Source: Antedon mediterranea
Taxonomy: Eukaryota; Animalia; Echinodermata
DNA length: 64,000 bases
NCBI RefSeq assembly: GCF_964355755.1
Contig: NC_092676.1
Location: forward strand, 17,378,871 to 17,442,870
Direction of reading: 5' to 3'
The notes under the pieces are model-generated. The model searched no databases and was not told where the DNA came from. It worked only from the letters and a program-made list of their open reading frames with translations. The position numbers and the translations under genes were made by a program. Of this stretch, positions 52,447-64,000 are shown one piece after another. Numbering within the stretch: the first letter of the stretch is position 1; every line of letters starts with the position of its first letter.

Positions 52447-55400
52447 ATGGAACAAAGTATTTTGGATTCAGTATTGTGTGTAATGGTAAAGCCTTGTAAT
52501 GCAAAACAAATGAGGTATTCAAATTCAATCAGATTTGTATTATTCTGGGGTATGGGGTTTTAAAAAATTAAAATGATGAAAAGCGATAGGCAAGTTTATG
52601 ATAATCCACATAGACCGGGCCGGGCCGCTTTTACAATTATTGATATTGGCAATATTTAACCTGCTTGGCCAAATCAATCAATTAACCCTTTTATCTTTTT
52701 GGGACCTATAAGATGCGAGATGGTGTCGTACTGTTTTTAATCAGTGGCATTATGCAGGAAATGCCCCTGGTTTAGCACTCCTAAGGGACCCTCAAACACT
52801 GGATAGTTGCATTGAATTGCTCATGCTCTGAGGCCCCTTAAACTCTGGAGCCTCTGAGTTCAGCTAGTAAGCCCTCATAGCTGTTACGCCACTGTTGATA
52901 ATGTTAAAGTGTAAACATTTACATACTTTGTTTATTGCAGATCTACTTTATCTCAACTTGGTGTGATGGATACGACTAAGAAAGCAACAACATATGGCCA
53001 GGTTGTGGCTATACCAATCACTGAAATGGCTTTCAAACACTTCACCAATGCCTCAAGGATTTGGCCATATCAAAACATTGATGACTCTTTGATTTCTGTT
53101 TGCATTACTTGTGGAAAAATATCTCAAATTACCCAGGAGGCAACATCTTCTAATCCATCAGAGACATGTCAATGCATTCAATTTAAAAGTTTTGGTTTCC
53201 TAAATAATATCACATTCCATGTTGCGAAAATTCCACTGGAGAAAATTAGGAAAAAACGCTTATCACCATCACAGAGGTTGGAAGACGTTTTACTAATGAT
53301 TTTTGACAACAAAAAAATACCTATTAACGATGATATGAAAGAGAAATTTCCCAAAAACTGGGAAATTCATGGAGACTTGGTTTTATTTCCGTCAAATTGC
53401 TTCAACAATGACATCTGGAATTCAATGACAGTTGAAGATTGGCAGAAGGTGTTGGTAGCAGTCGGAGGGAAGCGCTTGGCTCGTAGTAGGGGTGGTGTGC
53501 ACAGTGATGGCTTCAGAACACCAAATGTTGAGTTACTATTAGGTGATAGTGGATGGGTGCAGCATATTGATAATGGTATTAGGTAATTATGTTATTTATT
53601 GTTTTTAGTAAAACAATTTTAAAGAAATATATTCATACTTTCACATTTCATCCAACCAATTGAATTAGAAAACGAGATCAGTTATCACAACCAGCAAATT
53701 AAAAGCTTTGTCTTGACTGGCAAACTTTATGTGACAACAAATATGATATGATATGATGCCTATATATGGACATGATGAAGTCTTATCACTACCATATCTG
53801 GACATATATAACACTTTTTTTGTCAAACTAATTTGACAGTGTAGACAGAGCTTAAGTTGTATTACAATTGTAAAAAAACATTACCTCTAAACCTTGGTTC
53901 TCACTAGGACGCAGTGCAAGGACGTAGGCACAATGCAAGTAATTTGACCAATCACAAAGCTACGAATTATTATAATCATGTCATTGGTCAACTGGCTTGT
54001 GTTGCACTTATGTCCTTGTGTTGCGTCCTAATGAGAAATGAAATGAATGTGAGGCAATATAAATGTTTAACCACCAGCTATCCAGAGGACACCCCTATTA
54101 AGGTTACATGTTGTACTGAAGGATTCTAAGTGTAGTTTTTAGATGCATTCTCGGCTTTAATGCATTGTATTTTTCTATTACAGATACAGTTTCGATATCA
54201 CAAAATGCATGTTTTCCTCTGGTAACATTACCGAAAAAATAAGAGTGGCAAATATGAATTGTGATGGAGAGACAATTGTGGACTTGTACGCGGGCATTGG
54301 TTATTTTACACTACCATATCTGGTACATGCGAACGCAGCATTCGTACACGCCTGCGAGTGGAACCCAAATGCTATTGCTGCCCTCAAAAGAAACTTGGTG
54401 TTGAACAAAGTACAGGACCGGTGTACTGTTTATGAAGGAGATAATAGACAGGTGTAGTAACAAAACAAGTCTTATTTAGGAGACACTTGGTTGTGTCCTT
54501 AAACTTATAAGGCCAACACAGACAGCGTTGTACGACTAGTCGTCTCTTTGGGATAAAAATTAAACATGTTTAAAGTTCTCCAATAAAAACTATGCGCGTA
54601 GCTATTCAACTGAGACAGCACTGACAAGTCAAGACATTTCGTCAGGCCATGTCGTACGATGCTCTCTGAGTTACGATGCTCTCTGAGTTACGATGCTCTC
54701 TGAGTTACGATGCTCTCTGAGTTACGATGCTCTCTGAGTTACGATGCTCTCTGAGTTGGCCTAAGTATCCCATTAATAGGAGCTCTATTGTAATTAATCA
54801 CATGACAGTTTGGATAAAATACAGTAAAACCCTCGTTTGGAAAACCCCTATTCAGGGGACACCCCTTATTAAGGCGACACTTTACCATGAAACAAACAGG
54901 AGAATTGTATGTTTTAACACTACCCTTATTAAAGGGGCTTGCTATTAAGGGGATACTTTGTTGTATCCCGAAGGTGTCCCCCTTAAAAGGGGTTCTACTG
55001 AAGTACATACCAAAAAAAAAAACGAGGGGCATTATATATTTTAACACTACCCTTATTAAAGGGGCTCGCTATTAAGGGGACACTTTGTTGTATCCCGAAG
55101 GTGTCCCCTTAAAAGGGGTTTTACTGAAGTAAATAACAAACAAAAAAAACGAGGGGCATTATATATTTTAACACTGCCCAAAGGGGACATGTCTATTAAG
55201 GAGACATTTTGTTGGATCCCAAAGATTTCCCCTTAAATGGGGTTCTACTAAAGTACATACCAACATTTGTTCATGCTTGGATCCCACTTGGATGCAACAC
55301 AAGGATGTTAGAACTAATTTGACCAATCATGACGCTAAAGGATAATCCAAAAGGTTTGTGATTGGTCAATTCACCTATGTTGTGCCTATGTTATTGCATT

Positions 55401-56129
55401 GCATTCAAGAGGGAATCAAGTCTTAATATGTTCTACACAAATACTTTTTTCTTTAATTTTCAGATATGTCCCAGTGAAGTAGCAGACAGGGTTAACTTGG
55501 GGCTTATTCCAAGCTCTGGTGCAGGATGGCCAGTTGCTTGTAAGGCTCTAAAAAAGAAGGGTGGTATACTACATATACATGGCAATGTAACCAGTCTACC
55601 TGCAACAAAGAATTCCTCCAGTCTGCCGCAATCCAGCAAACTTTCCATGTCACCTTTTGTCCCCGAAAGTAATGCATTGATTGATAATTCTTTAGCCATT
55701 GAAAGAGATGTTCAAATGACTGAATCATCGCTTTCTTATGCCTTTAGCGTTGGGCACTTAGAAGATAAAAACTTGCCTTCTTGCAATCCAGAAAATGTTC
55801 CAACAAAAAAAGCAATACCAACTTGCAACTTAAGCAATACGTCATCAACAGTTGCTAATGTCAAGGCTCAAACATCAGTTGACACAAGTGCCCATAGTTC
55901 AAATGATTGTCACATGCTACCAGATAAAAAGAATTCTCAACAACAGTCCTGGAAAAATTGGTCATATGAAGTTTCGCAACAAATAAGACAACTGTGCATT
56001 GAAATTAAAGGTGGTGATTGGTCCACACATGTTTTACACATTGAACAAGTAAAGTCATATGCTCCACATATCGACCATGTTGTTGTTGATTTAGAATGCA
56101 GACCAATAAAGCCAGAGGAAACAAGCTAG
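52447..56129 (+). CDS. TRMT12: tRNA wybutosine-synthesizing protein 2 (TYW2), ~547 aa, 4 coding exons
   Basis: Exons 52447-52514, 52941-53582, 54184-54451, 55464-56129, in phase (1644 nt). Motifs WEIHGDL, WVQHIDNGIRYSFDITKCMFSSGNITEKIR, VDLYAGIGYFTLPYL, ACEWNP, ADRVNLGLIPSS, VKSYAPHIDHVVVDLECRP. Confidence 0.93.
52742..52894. mobile_element. Small hAT-like MITE (cagtggc..gccactg), second copy at ~59395-59534
   Basis: Short TIRs and a shared core tttagcactcc...ggatagttgcattg.a.tgctcatgctctg.ggcccct. Confidence 0.65.
54511..54761. mobile_element. Tourist/Harbinger-like MITE with TAA TSD; right TIR expanded into a 6 x 17-bp array
   Basis: Left end ggccaacacagacagcgttgtacgac; right end gtcg(tacgatgctctctgagt)6tggcc; taa on both sides. 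Confidence 0.8.
54822..55255. mobile_element. Tc1/pogo-like MITE with its 3' half present three times in tandem (~125-bp unit)
   Basis: Left end ta|cagtaaaaccc. Right-end motif ggggtt(c/t)tact ends at ~55000, ~55126 and ~55250. Unit ttttaacactacccttattaaagggg...ggtgtcccctta. Confidence 0.7.
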
Positions 56130-56130
56130 A

Positions 56131-56441
56131 ATGTTTGTTTGTTTGATCTTTATACTGGGTGACCTCTTCAGTCAAAGACTGATCTCCCAGAGGGCCCAGT
56201 TGGTGATCAGTGGCGGTGATGTACTAATACACCGGGGTAACCCCCTACTCGTCTCGAAAGATGTACTAGGTTCTTTAAAGTGCACACGAGCAAGTTGTGT
56301 ACACTGGACCTACGGTTTATAGTCCTTATCCGAGAAGACTCGTTCTACCACCAGAACCATGGAGTGAGTGAGCCTCGAACCCCTGCCGATGTTATGGCTA
56401 CGTGATTACGGTTCCACTGTCTTAACCGCTCGGCCACTCAC
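56131..56441 (-). mobile_element. tRNA-derived SINE (Nin/Deu-like), just after the TRMT12 stop codon
   Basis: A box tggccgagcgg and B box ggttcgaggc on the minus strand, same body as 36903-37196, (caaa)n tail at ~56133-56145. Confidence 0.85.
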
Positions 56442-56449
56442 TAACTCTG

Positions 56450-56798
56450 AGTTAAGGCTAAACTGAAAGCAGCCAGATTAAACAGATTGAAACAAGTTTA
56501 GGCTAAGCTGAAAGCAGCCAGATGAAACAGGCTAGAGCGAGTTTAGGCTGAACTGAAAGAAGCCAGATAAAACAGGCTAGAATGAGTTCAGGCTGAGCTG
56601 AAAGCAGCCAGATGAAACAGGTTAGAACGAGTTTAGCCTGAACCTAAAACAGCCAGATGAAACAGGTTAGAACAAGTTTAACCTGAACTGAAAGCAGCCA
56701 GATGAAACAGGTTAGAACAAGTTTAGCCTGAACTGAAAGCAACCAGATAAACAAGCTAGAACGAGTTAGGCTGCACTGAAAGCAGCCAGGTGAAACAG
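56450..56798. repeat. 45-bp minisatellite, ~8 copies
   Basis: Unit aggctgaactgaaagcagccagatgaaacaggttagaacaagttt starting at 56455, 56500, 56545, 56590, 56635, 56680, 56725, ~56768. Confidence 0.92.
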
Positions 56799-59700
56799 AA
56801 ATCTACTCGTGATATAGATACTATGAGATGAGCAACAATCTTCATATTTCACCAAAATAAATAATTGACGGAAATGTGTTATTTTCAACTGTAGACAAAA
56901 GTATAATATAAAATGTAATATTTCAAATATACAATGAAAGTATATATAAATTATTTTAATACAAAGGTTACATCAATGTTTATCCCTAATAATAATTATT
57001 ACCAAATACCTAATAATAATTATTACCAAATAAACTAATAAATCGTTCAAAACCTTAATATGGAATTTTACAATATCGGTTTGTCTATTATATTTAGTGT
57101 ATGTATTGCCTGTACTGTATTAATTTGAAAATTACCACTGAGATATTAACAAAATAGTAATAACAAAATTATGTTATTTAATAAATATTTGAATTATTTC
57201 ACATTTAAACATTACATACAAAGTTTGCTTTTTCATTTTCTGACATATACCATTATGTTAGAAATTAACTCTGGTTAGTTTCAAAACCCAAGAATTTAAA
57301 ACATACATGGTCAGACACAAATTCTGATTGGCTATTGCTTGCACAAATAACAGTAAAGCGTCTTTCACACCTGCTCCGGTCTGGCTATAATTACGTTTAC
57401 GCTTACAGCATTTATAGTGACTTTTTGATTTCACAAAGCACCACGCAGCTATTCACATATCGAGTAAAAGTATTAATGCATGGCCACATGGAGCATTGTG
57501 AAAATGAAAAATTGAGAGAGATTTTATAATTATGTCGGAGCTGGAGTGAAAGATGCGTATTAACTCAGTTTCAGCAACAAAAATGGATACAGTATTATGT
57601 AAAGATTTTGAAAGGATAGCGACAAAACATTTATTTTGATATACAGTATTTGTTATGTGCTGTCCAAATGTGCTGAGTATTCCGTACATGAGAGTTTGGC
57701 AAACAACGCTCTAATTAACCTAATTCCCTCACGCAAATCTATTTGCTACTTGTAGTAACAATATACCCTCCACCAGTAATCAAAATATTATATCAAACAT
57801 AATTTAAACCACTTAATTAATTTAATTCATTAAAACATGAAAAATAAATAATAATACTATACTTTGAAAATGCCATTATCGCATTCATAGAAAAAGATTT
57901 TCACAATGTAAATAAAAAAATTAAACAGTTAAATTCCACCAAAAACCTATTGGCTGGCATCAAATTAGAATATTTTTTGCTTTAAAAAAAATGTTAAATT
58001 TTAAAATATTTTTTTTGAATCAAATTTTTAGTCAAAGTGAATAAAAATTGGATTATTCAAGAAAACAAACAGACAATATATCTTTAAAGTAAAAAATAAT
58101 TGTTATAAAATCAACCTTGGAACATTCTGTTCAATGAAAGTTACTTCATACAATAATTTATATAAATCAATTATTTATATTACCCCTTCAGAATTCCTGC
58201 TTAAGTAAAAGTGATTTGACCTCAGTTTACAATAAAATCAAGAACAATAATCCACACATCCTAGTAGAACCCATCTTTTTCAGTTTAAAGTTTCTCTATT
58301 CCATTATAATTTATATAAATATAATTGTCTACTAGTTTAAACAATGTTTTGTTAATTACAAACAGAATATTATTTTAAAAAATTACATTTTGTGCAATGT
58401 CATAGTAAATACTTGTTTATTCAAAAACTTAAATTTAGAACATGATACAGTAGGTCTACAGTATACATAAAAAGAACAATAAAAGCTAGTTTTACTGTAA
58501 AGTGAGCACCCACAAGAACATGCTATCTAGATTTTAATCACAATAATTTGATTTCCTGATATCAGTGATTAGAATCCCTATTGTTTTTATTATATATAAA
58601 AAAATGTACACTTGATTTTAATGGAATGTTGTATTTTTTATTTACATTTTTATTTTTAATTATCTTATTTGTTGAATTTGGAAAATCAAGATCCTATTCT
58701 ATATTTTAATACGGTTTAGCTATTCAATTTGTTCTAAATACTATTGAAATATATTAGATGGCGTTACTGACCATGTTCATTGCCCCAATATCGAGCTTTG
58801 TTTTCAGAATGGGATGCAAAGGCATCTATGGAACGCAAGTAGAATTTGAGCAATCGCACGCAGCAAAAAAGGAGGACAAGTGTGCAAGAGGAAAGTTTGG
58901 AAGATGGATCTTCAAAAATGGTTTAAAAAATGTAAATCATAGTGTCTGGTAAAAGAGCAACATATAATCATGTTGGTATAATATTTACAATTTTTTTTCA
59001 AGGTACATATAAACTAATTTATCAATGCAATCAAAAATTGGTAGGAAGTTAAAAACAAAAAGTACTGATAATAATAAATTAAAATTGCTATTAGAATTTA
59101 CCCAGAAATTTCAGACTACATAAATATTATTTATATACAATTTAGAAGTTTACATAACAATGTGGGTATGCAAAAAATGGTTCACTAAGAAATAAAAATA
59201 TTACTAATTCTAATAATGTAAAAAAGAACAAAAATAGCAATAAAATACCAATGTAGAAATCAGTATTGTTTCTGCATTGAGCTGTATATTATAAAAAATG
59301 AGAATATAGTGGTGAATTCAGAGGGCAATTTGGCATAATTATGCTACCCATTTTTAAATATTTAAATTTTGGAATACTGTACAATGAAAATTGGCAGTGG
59401 TGTAATGCACAGGCCAAAGGCTCCTAGTTTAGCACTCCGAAGAGGCCCTCCAAAGCTGGGTAGTTGCATTGGACTGCTCATGCTCTGGGGCCCCTGGGAT
59501 TAGCCAGTGAGCGCTCATAGTCGTTGCGCCTCTGGCTCTTGGACTATATGCCCCATGTGGTTTTACCTCACAATAAGTAGCATTTTATCAGGAGAAACCT
59601 GCTTTCAAAATTCAGTAACCTTCAATGCCTAAGCCAAACTGCTATAATTACCCTTAATACCATAATTGATTATTGCATATCTATCATTTCGGTTGATGTG

Positions 59701-59803
59701 ATCAAGTAATGAAGATTGATAAGCCTCTTGTTTCACTGCTTCTCTTCAGCATTTATTCCTTCTTGGGTTCTTCTTTACGCTTCTGTTTTTTCTCTTTTCC
59801 TAG

Positions 59804-62800
59804 TCACACATGAATTAACTTTTCAGCAGTTTGTTCCCTCCTCGTACGAGGACGTCTCTTTGGACAGCACTTGCGTTTTAAAGCCAATAGCTAATAAAAG
59901 TTAAAAAACAAAGTTATTTAACTGTATCATTTCAATAAAGTTAAACAGTTAATAAGTAAAATTAAATAGAATTACCTGGTTAGAACAGAATGACATGAAA
60001 GCAAAAAGGACCAAGGCAGACAGTGAAAGATGAGTCCAAAACCGCAGCCAGTCTCGGTATCGTCTCCTGTAATACATAAAATAACGTAATTTGTGACAAA
60101 ACAGAATTATAAAGACTTCAAAAACACATTAATGTAACAGAAGATATAATGATTCTATGTGATGTACTGCACTGTCTTTAAAAAATACACAAACAATAGT
60201 CTTTCAGGGGCTTTGAAACCGTGGCATATGCCAATATACATTGTAGAAAATACATTGACTCCGTAACACATTTTATGGCTTTAGCAAACAAAGAGGGCCT
60301 ACTGGTAAAGCCCCTAAATGTTAAATATGTGCACTATCAGGATGTTTTTTGCTATAATATCCACAACATTTGGGTGAAATTGCCCCTTTAGTGGGAGACG
60401 GCGGATCACTTAAAATATTGGCAACTCTGGCAGTTATAGGAAGACTCAGGAGGTCTGGTTTGGTTTTCTTTGATGGGAATAAAACAAGGCACCTCCTAAT
60501 GCCACCTACCATTTATAAAGCTCATCCATATGGAGGAAGCGATTCCTATATTCTGGAGGGAGTTCAAACTGTGAAGGCAGGGGAAACAAGGACTCGTAGA
60601 AATCTTGTAAAACTGCTTTAACCATCTCTGCATCTTTTAAACTGTGATCAATGTTATCATTCAAACATACAAATTTCCTAAAATAATAATAATAAATAAT
60701 GTACAGTATTTATTATATAGCGAAAATTCCATATATATGTTAAAATTATGCTTTATTTTATGGAAACATACATGAATGTTGCAATCAGTGCAGTTGGTGG
60801 TTTAACCTAACCAGGTACCCATTTGTACACCTGGGTAGAGAATCAAACTCTGTGATAAGACAACAAACTTACAACATACTACACCACACGTCCTCGGTCT
60901 ATACAGCACCCGACGCGATTCCCAGGCAGTCTCCCATCCAGAACGCAACCAGGCCCAACATCGCTTAACTTCGGTGATCAGACGAGAACCGGTGTTTCAA
61001 TGCAATATGGCCATATATAATTTATTATTAGGATCTATATGTCACGATAGCATCATATATTCCAACCAAATATATTCTTTAGGCTAATTGACTGTAACAG
61101 ATAAAACAGTACTTGCGCCAAATAGCTACAAAGTACAAGATATACTTACTTTGGGTTCTTGCGGATGTCATCAAGTTGTCCTATGACATGTGACACATTG
61201 GTACGAATCATTTTAAATGCTACTTCATCATCATTAAGAATTTCATGTCTGATAAAGTACAAAAAATAACAAAAAATGCGTAAACAAATATGAGTAAAGT
61301 AACCAGGAGACAAAACATCTATGTAATATAATTCTGTTAAATTTAATCCCTTTTAAAAAACTGGAATGTGCTAATTTTGTGTACACTGGGTTTTATTTAT
61401 TCTTTTCGAAAAGAAGCCCCCCTCTGTTGTTAGCAAAAGAATTTTGAAAAGAATTACGGTATGTACCATATGGTTGTGGGTACAACTATCAGGCAATTTA
61501 AAAGCTTAGATGATATATTTAAAAACTTGTGATTTACCTGTACTTATATTTTGCTTTGAAGGTTTCATTCATTTTGACAACAAGTGGTTTGCAATGCTCA
61601 ACTAAACCAAGGGTTACTTGTGGCTTAAAACAAATAAAAGGCAACTTTATTACAATATAAATATGAAAAATAATGTCTAATTTCCATGTTACGGGTCAGT
61701 TTATATTTCTGTCGTCTGCCTCCTCTACTTTCTGTAAGAAATTTTTAACATGTTGTGAATTATTTGTGCTATCTGTCCGCCAAATGAAATTATGAATTCT
61801 ATTGTCCTTAGTTTACCATGTCTAAACACCGGTTCTCGTCAGATCACCAAAGTTAAAAAACATGGGTCCGGTTAGAGCTTGGATGGGAGACCATCTAGGA
61901 ATACCAGGTGCTGTATGGAGCTGGGGTCCCATTAGGCATTTGAAATCAGCACTGCTGACTCTTATGGCAGCCCCTGCATCTAGTATCTGCCTCAGATGTA
62001 TTGGCTTATGCATCTTCTCTGGTTAAGGTGGGCACTGGACGAGAGAAGCCCTTGGTCAATGTTGGGACCAGTCCTGGCTTAGTCATCATTCAGATGAATT
62101 CAAGACTAATTGACATTGTCGTTTACGACAGATATATATCGTTTAGTTGAGTGAAATTATGCCTAGCTTACTTACCATAGTATCTGCCTCATAGTAAACT
62201 TCTCTCGTTTCTTCTGGTACAAATCCTTGTAGAGACATTGGAATGTGTTTTGAACAGTTAATAAGCTGATTCTCTAAGGACGTCAATGTCTGCAAATCCA
62301 ATGGAAGCTCAAAAAGTCTTGTTGCTAAGGTACGGATTTCTCTATCTGATAAAACTCTACAGTCGACAAAAAATAGATAATATTTCATACGGTAAAATAA
62401 GTTTTTAAGTTTTAATGTTAATCTAAGTGCAATATAGTGCTATGGTTAACAACCTCTTGGTCGAGTGTAATGGCCAAGCTTTTAAATGTCACTGTCTTTT
62501 AAAAGTATTTAAAGATATATTATTGTCCTCCCTAAAAATTGTTTTTTTTTTTAATTTCTTTAATTGAATATGCCATTTTAATGTCACATAATAGTTATTC
62601 ATTTTTACTAAAAATTGAAGAAAATGAAGTGAAAACATAATTTTTACCACTTTTTTTCTATGAAAACTACAAAATAACCAATGAATGAATTCTTTTATTA
62701 TGTTTTTGAGGGACAATACATCTTTAAATGTCACGGTCAACGTTACAAGCATTATAGTCTGTTTAGTCTCATGGTGTCACAACCAACATATCTAGTGTCA

Positions 62801-64000
62801 CAGTGACCTTTTCAAAGGTCACAGTAGTGGTTGCAATTGTTGTGTTAACAATTTTATGTTAATATTCATTCATTGATAATGGCTTAATTTGTGTAAAGAT
62901 GTTCATTGTTTACCTTGAGTTATCTGTATCAAATTCAGCGAATATTTCAGAGATGTTAACCTCCTTTGTTTGACTCATCATAAAGTACATAAATGAGAAA
63001 GCAAACTGCATGTCTTTTGAATGACGAAGTTGATGTGATGATGTGATTGCAAACTCCTCTTCAAACCTATAAAACAAATACATAAAGACATTTATAAATG
63101 CTTTAGATATACTATAAACAGAATATGTGTTAACTGTGGAAAACAACAAAAATAGTAATTAGATTAATAATCTATATTAATAAATACAAATAGAGATCTT
63201 CATCAAAACCCAAGCACAATAAATATCTTGTAACACTATAAAAAAAAGGTTCAATGTTTGTCACTAACAATACAGTTGGATCAAGGTAGTCTTAGTTGAT
63301 TGAAATGATTGTAAATAAACGTGGACTGGAACCAGCACTTATATTAACAATAAACTGAATGCAACTGATAATAGATAAGATAGATAAACATTTTATTCAT
63401 CATAAAATAAATAAAATTACATTATGAAAATTATCTTCCTTGGCAAGAATATAAATATTAAAAAAATATATAGGCCTAACATATTTAAAATATTTATAAA
63501 ACAAATTACACAAAAATATTTATAATAATATACTGCATAGGTATGAATAGTGAACGCATCGGTATTACAAACTTCTCTTAAATCGTGAATTAAAAATATG
63601 AATAGCATTTGGAACAAAAGATAGTCTAAAACGTGAATTATTTGATCGTGGTGGTCTAACTCTCACTGATCTATTTACAATAAATTCATTGTGTAGTGAG
63701 TGAGAACTGTTTCCCATAATTACTGGTCATGGTAACCCATACCACACATGTGACATAAATCAAAGTTTTCAGGTTTTTATTTCAGAAAAGCACATATCTT
63801 GTGCAGCTGTGTGTTGACATAAGCCTTTATTTTGTGATTGCACATATCTAAAACATGTACAAATACAGCAAAAGCTTTTAAAAAACACAACGTAAACAAC
63901 ATACTCATCTTGTAGTTCTCTCATGATGTCAACGTCAATCATATGAGGCATGTGGGCAGGCACCTTACGAGCAGTGAAGCCAAACCGATGATTGTAAAGC
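59804..64000 (-). CDS. GNPTAB: N-acetylglucosamine-1-phosphotransferase alpha/beta subunits, 3' exons (gene continues beyond the window)
   Basis: Exons 63905-64000 (partial), 62914-63066, 62176-62356, 61538-61623, 61150-61248, 60510-60677, 59976-60066, 59804-59890, in phase. Stealth motifs [40 protein letters not shown]; EF-hand DTDNSRVLSDRE; C-terminal transmembrane helix. Confidence 0.95.
60800..61012 (-). mobile_element. 5S rRNA-derived SINE or 5S pseudogene
   Basis: Minus strand 61012-60899 reads ggccata...ccggttctcgtctgatcaccgaagttaagc..gggcctggtt..ggatgggagactgcctgggaat..gggtgctgta, diverged from 5S, with no poly-T terminator. It is followed by a SINE-body-like acccaggtgtacaaatgggtacc. 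Confidence 0.75.
61814..61918 (+). pseudogene. 5S rRNA-derived sequence (SINE head or pseudogene)
   Basis: taccat..aaacaccggttctcgtcagatcacc.aagttaa...ggttag.gcttggatgggagacc..ct.ggaatacc.ggtgctgta. 5' end eroded, no terminator. Runs into a GC-richer body to ~62085. Confidence 0.75.

Noticed and set aside
54655-54756. CRISPR-like array
   Set aside because: Contiguous identical 17-bp units with no spacers, inside a eukaryotic intron, no cas genes.
56360-56441. tRNA gene (also ~37120-37196, ~29693 and ~46723)
   Set aside because: A/B-box-like motifs only, embedded in dispersed repeats; no convincing cloverleaf.
56450-56798. 45-bp repeat as a coding 15-aa repeat or CRISPR array
   Set aside because: The consensus unit has stops in all three plus-strand frames, it lies after the TRMT12 stop, and there are no unique spacers.
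60899-61918. Functional 5S rRNA genes
   Set aside because: Both copies are diverged from each other and from the 5S consensus, have eroded ends and lack an oligo-T terminator.

Overview
AT-rich, intron-containing animal genomic DNA, probably a marine invertebrate (inferred from gene structure and repeat families). It is not prokaryotic and has no CRISPR array. Splicing by hand gives four host genes. (1) An 8-exon, ~299-aa DUF4476/PROSER1-N-like gene (+, 1392-13942) that the ORF track misses entirely. (2) A 17-exon ORP10/ORP11-type oxysterol-binding protein gene (-, 23153-51160). (3) TRMT12/TYW2 (+, 52447-56129), head-to-head with it. (4) The 3' part of GNPTAB (-, 59804 to window end). Introns and intergenic DNA hold many mobile elements: an internally deleted THAP9/P-type transposon, non-autonomous TIR elements with 3-, 4-, 5- and 8-bp target duplications, palindromic MITEs, Rex1/RTE/CR1-type LINE remnants, tRNA- and 5S-derived SINEs, and minisatellites. 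The most notable observations are five tiny TIR-TIR palindromes resembling P-element excision footprints, a RIM/Slp-like helix at the ORP N-terminus, an element inserted into a copy of its own internal sequence, inverted 5S-SINEs bracketing two GNPTAB exons, and CTAG/GGCC tracts clustered at gene starts. All family assignments come from motif recognition; no database search was run. I found no clearly novel multi-gene system.
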